Below, piece after piece: positions 12,001 through 24,000 of a stretch of DNA of 64,000 nucleotides (positions are counted from its first letter, which is position 1; each line of letters begins with the position of its first letter). The stretch comes from Patescibacteria group bacterium (lineage in GTDB: Bacteria; Patescibacteriota; Microgenomatia; UBA10105; UBA927), in contig JBMOPU010000012.1 in assembly GCA_049322955.1 (NCBI GenBank), forward strand, positions 211,581 to 275,580, in the 5' to 3' direction. Position numbers and translations under genes: made by a program. The notes beneath the pieces were generated by a model. It searched no databases and had not been told where the DNA came from. It saw only the letters and a list, made by a program, of their open reading frames with translations.

Positions 12001-15000
12001 GCGCATCAGCGCTCACCGTTATCTTATCTATTCTTTCTGTTCTGCCGCTTCTTGCAGTGCACAAAGATATTGCGGCGACGACTCAGCAACTGCACGACAG
12101 TATCTACCGCATCATGATGCCCGTAGCTTCGGATGGGGAAGCGGAAAATGATCGCATGCCGTTGCCGACGCCGCCAATTCAAGTAAAACAAGTTGAATTA
12201 CAACCGGAAGGGCAAACATTTCGGATGGGAAATGATCTTGTCGATCCTCTCGAGGAGATATTTACCGAAATGGTACAAAAAAATCATCCTGAGTGGGATG
12301 GAAAATGGGAAACGGTGCGGACGTTCTTCATGCGATATTTATGGGATAAACACTTTACCGTTTCCTACACGCATGACGGCACAAAATATACCTACACCAC
12401 GAGTGATGCAAAAGAAACCTTTGTAATCACTGATGTTGAAGAGTTTATCGATGCGCTCTTTACGTTTGATTCCCTGATAAGCGCAAATAAAGAAAAATCT
12501 CAATGGATTGAAAATCTTACCGTGCAAACAATTTGGGAGCGGGCAACAAGCTATGATTTTGCGCATCCTACCGAGTTTCTTCGTCGATATACGCAACAAT
12601 TCATCGCAGGTCAGATCCCATTTGTTGATTGGGTAACCGTGGGTACGATAACAACGCGGCAGGGCGACGAGCAAGTTCGCGTGCGGTCGGTTGAAGCGAA
12701 GCATTCCTACATGGAAAGTCCATATATATTGGAAATAAGCTCGGTGAAGGATAATGCTGATCCGAACGACCCGGCAAATCAGCTCCACTCACTGCATTAC
12801 GGCATCGATTCAGCCACGCAAGTTTCCCTCTACACAGTACAACTATCATCAATCAATGATGCGTCCAACGGGAAATTCGCGGAATCAGAGGTGTCTATCT
12901 CAATTCGCATGAACCGCATACGGTCATATCTTGAGGAGTTGGGATTGTTAACGAATGCCTCTTTTACGGTTCCCGACTCCGATGTGGATTGGCTGGATTT
13001 GGAGCGCACGCTTGCGGCGCTTGCGCCTGCGGTTGCCGCTCGGGTAGCAGATACGCCCGACACCGATAAACAATACGCGACATTGACCAGGCTGAACGAT
13101 GAAATTAAAAGAGTACAAACCCTGGTAGGTGAATTAATTGTAAAACGAAAAGAAATACCTCAGTTAGAAAAACGTGTTGCCGCGTTAAAACGCTACAACT
13201 CAATGGTCGATGGGGGCGGGGCATCAATGATGAGTTTGGTAACTGCTCTGGCCACCTTGAAACGATTAGGATATACCACTGTGCGGATACCGGTGCTCCT
13301 TAAATACGTACAGCATGTAGGGGTTAACACTGCAGAAATACCCGCATTGTTACGGAGCGATTGGGAAAGAAAAATAAAGTCTCTTACTTCATTTACGGGC
13401 ATCAAACAAGTGTCAACCGATGATCCCGATGTAGTGATGCTTGATTTGTCCGCATGGGATTTTGATCTCACAAAAAACAACACACGAACACGGGATCTCG
13501 CGCCGTTCTTGCAAGATGTGAAGAATATGCCGGTGAAAGAGGCTCCGCTCAATTTTGATGGGAAACCTTCAAGCAACGGGCTGTTTGCGTTTGACCAAGG
13601 CTTCGTACGGTTTATGGGGATGATAGATGCCCTAAAGGCATTTATTGGGCGGCTTATGCGATCGGTACCGTTTGTAAGAACTTCGACAACTCCCGTTGAA
13701 GAGGAATTGAACATGCCGTTGCCGACGCCGCCGATTCGTCCTGCGGAAGGACAAAATACCGATGCCGAAGCGGGTCTTCCCGCCCGAACAGATGAGTTGA
13801 TTGCGGAGATCCCGGCATCTCCCGGCACCGGATTTTTTGCAAGCTCGATGGACTTTCTCATTTATCAGGGACAACAAGCCGATGCGGGTACACGATTTGC
13901 CATCACGATGAATAGGCGAAACGGCAAGCCGTCGGGAGTGTGGGTCATGAACGCATATCCCACCGACGGGCAAACCGTCGTGTTAAACGGCAGACAGGTA
14001 CAACAAGGAGATGCCGTTTATCTTGTTGATAATTCGGTATTTACGCTGGGTAATCGCGAGTATCGGGTTTCCGTCGTCGGTGATTCGCTCCGAATCGTTG
14101 CGGATGCCACAGTCGATGTCGCGTCTAACAATCTCGCAACCGTCGGAGATGCCGTCCGATCAATGCGTGATGAATTACTCGGCTTGCTCACTGATGACCT
14201 TGCCGAATCACTTCGTGATGCGACAATTCAGGACGTCAGCATCGTTGATCTGATCGAATACGCCGTCCCGATCATCACCGGATCGGACGAGTATCAACGC
14301 ATCACGAATGACCGAACGGAAGCGGAGAAGGAAGAAGTTATTCGCTTGCTGAGGAGCATGTTGCCGTCATTCATCATTGAGCAGGTACCCCTTGCTTCTC
14401 CGGAGTTATTGGCGACGCGGCAAGCCAACCGTCGTGTTGAGGCAACACTTTCAAACCCGGGCGGAGATACACTCATAAATGAGAAAATTCCGCTGGAAAT
14501 TGCCGCGATTCAAACGGTAACGGACGTGATTGCGGCACAACTCGCACTTCCGGATTCGGCGCGATTTGCGGTGATGCAGGTGTTAAGTAGGATTCCGGAT
14601 GTCGTTGAATTCCTCACGAGACGATTATTTGACTCTTTACATACGACGGCCCGCGATCCCTTACGTCTTCCCGGCGAGACCATGGCAAAATTTGGGGAAG
14701 GTGAAGCAGACGAATTGCGTCGGGTCGGGATCGGAGCGCAGAGAGTCTGGAGCTCAATCGCGCTTCCGCTCTTCACCTCGCGCGGATATCCGGTTGTTGC
14801 GAGACTTGATGTCAGAAACCTCCGCGGAGCAAACGACGTGGCAGGACAAGGCGGATACACGCCGCTTGGGGACTATCTGCTCAGAAAGTTTGCGGATAGC
14901 GTTTTTGAAGCTCTCGGGCCTGATTATGAGGTTATCCGCGTAGGCGGCGATGAATACATGATACTCGCGCGGCCGGGCGCGGCAACCGACGGCGTACAGC

Positions 15001-18000
15001 AAAGGATTGAGGCGGTATTGGCAACAACCCACATGTTATACAAAACGCCGCAAGGGATAGAAAACCAGCCGATTCGTGTCGAGTTTAAAGCACCTGACGA
15101 ACTGCTTCCTATTGAAGAACGTAATCATGGCGGTGATTGGTTGACGCTGATGGAGAAAGGAATCTATACGGATGATGCCACCATTGATGCAGGTAGTGAT
15201 TTCCATCCGATGCTCGCGTATACGGCACAAATCCTCACTTCCATTCGCGTACCGCTTGCCGGAGAGCTTACCGCATCGCAAATTGCATCGGTGCACGGAG
15301 TAATAAAACGGATCATGGCGGTACTGCTGTTTGATGATGTCCTTCGTGATAGCGCACGGGGCATGCAGGAGTCTTTCCGTGCCAAGAATCCCCGTGCGAC
15401 CGTTGCCGTGTATGAAGATGTGCAGGACTGGATGGAGGCGGTACGTGTTGAGATGCCGCTCGGATTTAAGATTGTCCGGTTCGACCAGCCGGGGATTCTC
15501 AAAATGCTTAACTCGATGAGCAGTCTTTACGGAGATCAGATGATTGTCCGTCAGTTTGAGAAGCTCGCCCGGTTTGCCTTTGAACGTCTCGGTGTCACAA
15601 ACGTGCGTGTGTATCGACGCGCGAACGAATTATACCTTGCCGTTGACCCTTCGGTGACAATCGACACGGAGCAGATGCAGGATGCATTACGCGGGTATGG
15701 CGATAACGCCGCAGGTCTCTTTAAAGAGCTTGCGGTGGTCAGTCAATCGGAAGTGACGCTCGTGCCGACCGGCGTCGACGGTCGCGGCGCGTCGGAAAAT
15801 GTCCGACAACTTAACAGGGCGTTGTCTGAACTAGCAAACGGCATCGTAACGCATACGAATGCAAGCATCTTGGATGAATACGTTCGCAAACCAAACAACA
15901 TACTTACTCGGATACGCAACCGGTTTGCCCGTTCCAGAGAGGTGACTTCCGAAACGCTTGCCGACCGTCAGTTTATCGTCAATTATCTCAATCCGTTCGA
16001 TAAGCGCGGTATAGACCGGATCCAACATATCGGAGCGACACCGGAAGAAATAGAGTCACTTAAACGATTTTATGTGCAGATCGAGCCCGGAGCGGGGAGC
16101 GTGGTACAAGATGATCAGGCGTACGCGACGATTATTACTCTCTTAACGAGAATCAATAGGGACAACAATTGGTTTATCAAGACGTGGAATACGCTTATTG
16201 AACGTATCAAATTTGCCAATCAAGAAGTAAGCAGGATCGGGATTGTTGCCCCGGGTACGAGGGCACTGTTCAGTATGTTTGGCGGAACAGATCATTCCGT
16301 AAATATTACGAACAGTGCGCGCAAAGAACAACATACGGCGATTGCAACCCTGCTATCACGACAATTTACCACTGATAAGTCATTACAGGTGCAACTTATC
16401 GCGCATCTATCGAACGCCAAAAACGCGTTTATCATGGACTTTATCGCGGATCATCTGATGGACGGTTATTTCCAGGAAAGCAGAAAATATATTAATGCAC
16501 GTAAGTTGCCGGGAGTCGGGAGAGAGTTGCAGACGGATCAGGATCAAATTGTTGAGCTTCATAACAACACCGAGTCACCGCAGTCAGTATGGAGTATTCA
16601 TGCAATTCCGTTCCTTCAGGGCTTGGGAGCTCAGGTAATGACGGTCTTTGACGTAGAGCCGCTTCCCGACACGAAACTTGACTCCGCAACGCAGACGGCG
16701 CTTCGTGACTTAGAACTCCGAAGGGTGGTTACCCTGATTCATAACCTGGGAGGCGGCAATTACCAGATTGTACGTCTTAATGACAACCGGTTTGCGGTAA
16801 TGATGATCGGGACGGTGAGTGATTCGGAAAAATGGGAACTTGAGAACAGACTGCAACGGCTGGAAACCTTGGTGGCAAGACCTGATGCGCAGGGGAACGT
16901 TGCGTTTAATCGATCTCGATCACACGTGTTTCCCTTCATTCCGGTTACCCTCAAGTCTGAGGAAGAACTTCGCCGCGAAGGCGAGGAGTTTGCCGCAGGC
17001 ATCAATCTCTTTACGCCGATGACCAAGAAACTCCTGTATCTTGCGACGAAAGGCTTTGCCTACCAGCAGGATGAAGAGATAGCGAAGAAACAGGATGATG
17101 TGCTGACAAACCCCGCGCGTCGGGTGAAACTGCGTGCACAGAACGCAGGTTATGCACAAGTACTTGCCACGCTAGAACAGGACACGATCCTCTATGGTCA
17201 GGCCGACTTTGTCTCCTATATTTCTTCGCTTACCGCAGCCATGGCATCGGATGACGTTTTGGACGGGACGGCCGCCAAACTCGAGGCAAAATATAACAAA
17301 AAAGATCCTGACGTCAAAGTACGGGTATTTGCCGATCTTCCCTCGACACTGAAAGCGGCACGTGCTCAATACGGCGATGAGTTCAGTGTCATTGAAGTAA
17401 ACGTTGACGAGACACTCCGATTAGTCGGAAAGGCACACGGGTACGAACAGGGAGACATCTTGATCCAAACCTTGTTTGAAAAACTCGGCCATCATATTTT
17501 TACCGAATTGAGACTGCAAAATATGATCGTCTATCGCGAGTCGGCGACCAAATACTATGTCGTGTTAAACGTCCACTATCCGCTCGATACGAAACGAATG
17601 CAATCCAAACTGAATGCGGAATATTCGCCGTATCGGGTAGGTGAAAAAGAGTATTTTGTCCTGCCGGTTGTTGCCATGAAGCATATCGGCCTAAACCCCA
17701 GCGTTACGGTGGGAGAGGCGGAACAACAATTTGCCGCCGCACTTATTGAATTGCAAAAATACTCGGAAACGAAGATGCGGGCCGCCATACGGGAACATTT
17801 CGTTAAGGAAACAACGCTTCCTCCGTTCCATTGGGCGTGGTTAATTTCCTATCTTCGTTCCGGCGGTAATGCCGAGGAGGTTCTGGCAAAATTCAGCAAT
17901 AATGCCCGAGATATCAGTGCGGCGGCGCAGGTAACCACCGTTCGTCGTGACGGAAATTATTCGGATATACGACGCGTCATCACAAAACAGACCTCGGAGG

Positions 18001-21000
18001 ATTTAGAGACACTGCGCGAAATCAGCATGGAAGAGACCTCAAATTGGTCGCTATGGTACCAGATGAACAATGAGTTCAAAGGGTTAGTGAATGTTATCGG
18101 GGAATTATTCCTGGGGGGCATGGAGGTGATATTCTCGAAATTCCCGCCAAAACCGTATCTTCGCCCGAATGTTGCCGAGGTTGGAAAAGATAATGAAGAC
18201 GCAAAACAAAATAGTTTTGAAGCACAGCTTTCAACGGTATCGCAACGCAGGAGTGAAAAACGGGCGGTAGCCCAAGTGTTGCCGGTCGGCATTGATCCCG
18301 ATATTTCTGAAGATATCGTGGGTATCAAATCTATGGCGGCGCATTTGGCGTACGCCTACGGTAAAGATTACATCCAGCCGTATCCCGGCGGACAACGATT
18401 GCTTGCCCACTATGATCCCAACATGCCGGGAGCCCGCTATCCGGGGCATCGCGCTATCCCCGTTTCCGTTGCGTTCTATACCCCCGCCGAGGAAAATCGG
18501 TGGACTCGTTTCTTGGATTTCCTGGCGAAGCTTGTGTATATAAATCGCTTTACCGGTACGTGGGAAGTGATGGAAATAACGCCCGCCGAAATCGGCTCTG
18601 CGATGGCGGAATATGAAGCCGCCATGCATACCGTCTATAAATCAAAAGCCGCGGCGACCGAGGCAAGAAACACAGCGTATCAGGCAGGGATTGAAAAGCT
18701 GGAAGCAATCTTAAGCGACAAACACCTTGCGGCAAAAACAAACCCCGTCGCAGTAAGCCAATCACGACCGAGTAACATCGTATTTGCGGTGGTTCGGGGT
18801 ACGACGGGGTCGCTCGCGCAAATCCATGACTGGTTCGGTAAGGTCGGAGCGCCGATTCTTATGGCGTTTAATGACAGTCGCGAACCGGTTGTCATCGACG
18901 ATCATGTGGTGGTCGACGGTAATCCCGGACTTGATGTGCGGGATAATATCATGCGGCAACTCGGAAGTTTGGTGAGCGAAGTACATCAGGTGCCGCAGAT
19001 TATCGAAAACAAAAAGGATCAACGAAAAACCATTCGCGCGGAGGATTTGCCGCGCAATATCCAATACGAAACCATCATGATGGCAGTTGCCTATGCCATG
19101 CGAAAGCAGGGCTTCCCCTCATTGGGAACAACGGTTGCCACGGGCTCCCTTGATGACCGCGTTACCTTGGGAGCGGTATCCCTTCGAGAACCCGTCAAGC
19201 CGCAAGCGATTCGCGTCGCCATAGAACAGGCGCATTCGGAATATGGCTTACTTGATCGTTTGGCACATATATACCGGCATGTAGTGCCTGCATGGTTGGA
19301 ATCGTTTATCACGGCGCTTTCTGAGGTTTTGCCGATCACGCGTGATTTCGTAAAAATTGCCGGGAAAGGACCGTATGTCACCTTTATCCGCCGCGATTAT
19401 ATCGGTGATCCGGGATTACTCACCACCGTGCTTTCCGACATTCCGTTTGATAAGAATGTTCCTACCGTCGTCATCCTGCAGGATAAAAACACCGGGCAAT
19501 CACGCATCGTATTACAGGGGGTCGCCAATGATGCCGTTCGTGAGCAGATGTTGCAGGATATTTTTGAGGAGTTACATCAGCTGGAGCAAGGGATCACACG
19601 TACCGCAAATGATTGGCCGAAGCCGAAATCGCAGATTGTCCGTCAATTTGAATCGCTCGCCATGTATTATCGACGCTTCACGGGAAGATCGGTGCAACGG
19701 GCATCATCATCCTTTGAGAACGCGAAAATCGTCACCAAGAGCACCGCCTATACCACCACCACCAAAGAGCTGGCGACGGTGACGGACACAACGACGCTTC
19801 CCGGTGTAACAATTACCATTGCAGGAGACACGCTGACGATGACCAATGAAGTAATGACGCTAATTTTGGCAAAAGACATGGCTTCTCCCGCAAGTCTGAC
19901 ACCTACGGAAGTAGCGCAACTTCGCGAAACGATTAACACGTACGAACAGAATAAACGCGCATTGGCAAATGTTCCCGACACCTCGACCGGTCTTTCGGTA
20001 CTAAACCTCATCATGCCGTCTCTTTTCGATACGAATAATTCGGCGCGCGAGACGACGAATATCGTGTCACTCCAAATATTCTATGCATCACAGGGCAAAC
20101 TCAAGGCATTTAGTTTGGCACCCCGTGACGATACCATCGTTGATGGGGTAACGACCGATGCTGAAGTGGGTATTGTCGGGAATGCCGACAAATATAAAGT
20201 CATGGACGTACGAAACGGCAAGATGCTGGTCGTGCGAAACGGGCTTGAGAATGACTTGACCGACACGCAGAAAAACGCTTTGGAAGATCTGTTCGTCAAT
20301 GCAAAGACCGTAGAGGAAGCCAACGAGCAGATTCAAACCCTTTTCCAGCAGTGGTTTCCGAACGCGTCCCGATCCGATCAATTTGTCACCCTGATTACCA
20401 TCCCCGCACAGGAAACGGTAGAACGAATCCAGTCTGGGGCAGTACAGCTTCGTTTGGAGCCCGATACGGCGATATTGCGCGATGCGCCGGTTCCCACCCG
20501 CGAAGCACGTCAAAGAGATCCCGGACTTGAGAGTGTTGCCTACCCGGTAACGTTCCGTATCGATGAATCGGGTGCCATTGTTGCCACCTGGGCAAACAAT
20601 GCGCCGATCACGATAAACGGTGAGGAACCGGACGGCACCAGCGCCAAGCTGTTTGTCGGTGACGTCATTCGTTTCGGCAACGACGGCATGGCGTATGAAA
20701 TACTGGTCGACGATACCAACCATGCGGTATTGTCGGTGCAATCACACCCCGAATATACCGTCACCCTGCCGCGCACCGTGATCCCCGAATACGGACTCAT
20801 CAACATGTCACGTTCAACGATGGTGGTGGATGGGGAAATAAACCTTGCCCCTTTAGATATGCTCTGGCCGACAAATACGGCAAACCCGCTCTTTATCGAG
20901 CTTCCCGAGGAACGAGGGACGGCACAAACAAACGGGAGACCGGTAGTTGTCCGCAAAAGGGCGGATATCCGGCTTGCCAACGGACAGGAATCATGGTTAC

Positions 21001-24000
21001 GGGCAATTGTCCTTCCGTATCCCAACGAGGTTGCGCCGGCAATGAAAGCCAACGTTTGGTATCAGGTGAAAAACCAGGCTGGTGATATCGTGGGATCAGT
21101 TCGTAGAATCACGGCAAATAAATTCATGGTCACCTATACCCGCGAGCCTGAACAAAGTCAGACACGATCGCTTCCGTTCCTCCGTCCGTCGCTTCCCGAT
21201 CAATTGCGTACCGACCACCAACGCGCCGTGACAACGACAAGAACATCACCTAATTACGCCGCGGTGGCAACAACGCGCCGGGTCGGGCAGATGGTGCATG
21301 CAACGGGACAGGTCAATCACACAGGCGACAACGCACGACGATTCGGTGCCACGGGAACGCCCGTCAATTGGTCGGTTAAACTCCGCGAAAGTGATATTCC
21401 GTATTTTGACAGTCTATCGGAAACGGAAAGACTTAACTGGATTACCCGGAGAATTCAGGAAGCGGACGAAATCGTGTATGCCCAGCATGGGTTCCAAGCC
21501 GACGGCAGAGTGTACGCAAAACCTATGCAGGAGATACTCCTTCCGTATGCGACTGATGGCAGACGACAGGTGGGCGTAGCACCGTCTCTCATGGGAGCAA
21601 ACGGCACGTATATCGAAAAACAACCGTACCATTATGAAGATGCGCTACAACAATCGATGCACTTCTACACCGCACTTGACGGCTTCTTTGATTTCAGACA
21701 TAAGCGGGTGACGTTTATCGGTCAATCAACGGGAGCACGTATTGTGCTTGAACTTGCCGGGTTATTGTCAGAACAACAGCAATTACCCAAAGATGTACGC
21801 TTCGAGCTTGTCGCCCCGTATATTCTGGGACGCAAACAGCTCAAAATATTCGACGGCGGATGGGGGCTCGGATTCCTCTATGGGTTCGTCAATAATCGCA
21901 ACGTCCCGATGCCGGTACGAAGAACATTCTTATTGCTTGCCAGGTTGCCGATTTTTATCGTCACCACTCCTGACCGGGTGATCGTGAACAACCGGTTAAG
22001 CGGGCTTACGGGAAACCCCGCCATTGCTGATGCAAGCATCATTCATCGGGAAAACCAGCAGGATGTCGCATATTCGACCCGATGGACGGATGTGATTTTG
22101 GGAGTGCCCGCCATTGATTGGGAAGCACTACCGGAGGCGGTTCGCCTTGCCCCGATTCGATTCCACCTGCCGCAAAAAGAAAACATCGTCGATCAAAAAC
22201 AGACGGAGGACTTTATTGAGGAAAAGAACCTGCGAAGTCAACAGGGCTTTGCGGTCGTAACCTACGGCGAAGGGCACTATCCGATCGACAAAGACTGGCA
22301 GAGGGTGGGGGCACACTTAAACGGGATTGCCCAAACCGCGCAGGAGCCCGAAACTCTACAGCCGATGCGACGATTCGGATTTGAAGTTGAAATGCCGCGA
22401 TTGGTGGAGCGCGGAGAGGATCGTCAGCCGCAACCAACGCCGGGTCCTGGAGTACATATCGGCACGAAGCAACAGGGAACCAACCGATTCGTCGAGCCGA
22501 ATAAGACGCTATTTAGCCAATTTGACGTCGATCATGCCAGCGTGCAACCGGAAGGAGAGGGTCTTACGATTACTAATCGTTCACCAAAAGGCACATGGAT
22601 AAACGGGGTGCTTCTGTCGGTAGGGGAATCAAAAGCAATCGCCTTCGGCGATGAGGTAGTGTTCGGACAAAACCCCAATGATCCCGAGGAAACGGAACTA
22701 TGGCGGTATCGCGTAGATATGAGTCCGACGGGCAATGTGGCTCTTGTACGATTCTCGCCGGTTGCTCAAGATAACGAAGCGGATATTTTGTTACCGATAG
22801 TTCTTCCCAACGGGGCCAAAGAAAACTTTGCCAAGAAGGCGGCACTATTTGCTCCCACCGATTCCTTCAGGTTGGCTTCAATTGCCGAACTCCCGTGGCA
22901 ATCGGATGAACGGATCATCATCGAGTATCGGACGGCAAACGGTACCCGGGCATCGTTGTCGGTTCGAGCTACCACGTCAATTTCCGACATTTTGGATCGA
23001 TTGCCGTTTGGTGCCGCAAATGACATGCGTATCTTAAAGAAAGTCACGAAAGGGTATGTCCAGATCGGGACTATGGAGCGGATTCCCACAGGATGGGTGA
23101 AGGTGTTTGGCATAGAAGGCAACGTGCCGGCGGTGGTAGAAACGGGTGTGCCCGAACCGGCGGCGGTGGCGGCAGAAAAGGCCGCCGAGCGTTTGATAAC
23201 CTTTGTCGGAGGTGTAAATCACACTGCTTATCCCACCGAACAGGACGTAAAAACGGCGTTTGCCGAAACCTTGGGCATAGATGCCTCCTATATCGTCGTG
23301 CAGGCCATCACCCCCACCGACTATGCAATCAGCATAGACGCCCCGTCACTGGTGTTTTCCGGTAACGTTATTGAACGGGATAAAGGCGTACGATTCTTTC
23401 ACATCGATACGATAGCGGTTCCCGCCGAGTTCCGAAAAAACGGGGAAACGGCAATGCGTTTTCGCGCAATTGAGGGAATTATCCGATCTCTTTTCAGCGT
23501 CGATCGTGCGGAAGCGGTAAATCAGCCGACCAGTGAGGCCGCGAAGAACTTTTGGAAGTCCGTAGGATTTGCCCCGCAGACGAATTCGGCGCTCAACCAA
23601 ACGTACAAAAAAGATTATCGGACGGTGAGTGCAACTTCACTCTATGCGTTTGACCAGGGTTTTGCCCTGTTCATGAAGATGACCGATGCGATCGGAGATT
23701 GGATAAAGTCGAGGTGGCAGACGGAACAAACGAATTCAGGTGTATCCGTACCGGTACGTGTCGCGCAAACAGAAGTGAATGTTAATGCCAATACGGCAAA
23801 TCCGATATCTCAGGTCGTCGTCGGATTACCGATTGAAGACAGGGCAAAGTTTCTTAATGAAATGGGCTTGCGGGAAGAGCAGGTTATCCCGATTAAAACA
23901 AAAGTAATTTCATTGCATCCTGATACCGCCGATGAGATGAAACAAGCGATTGAACGAGGTGAATATTCGTTCATTGTGATACCGGTTGCACTGAATGCTT

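Noticed and set aside
12156-13736. DGR-like template/variable repeat pair (A-to-G difference)
   Set aside because: Only 24 nt are involved and there is a single difference. No reverse transcriptase is in the window.
16730-16860. Third GGDEF-like segment (…GGGNYQIVRLNDNRFAVMM)
   Set aside because: Too degenerate to call by eye. It would need an HMM.
23390-23510. GNAT-like acetyltransferase motif (IDTIAVPAEFRKNGETAMRF)
   Set aside because: Only an R..G.A-like motif-A fragment. The rest of the fold is not recognisable.
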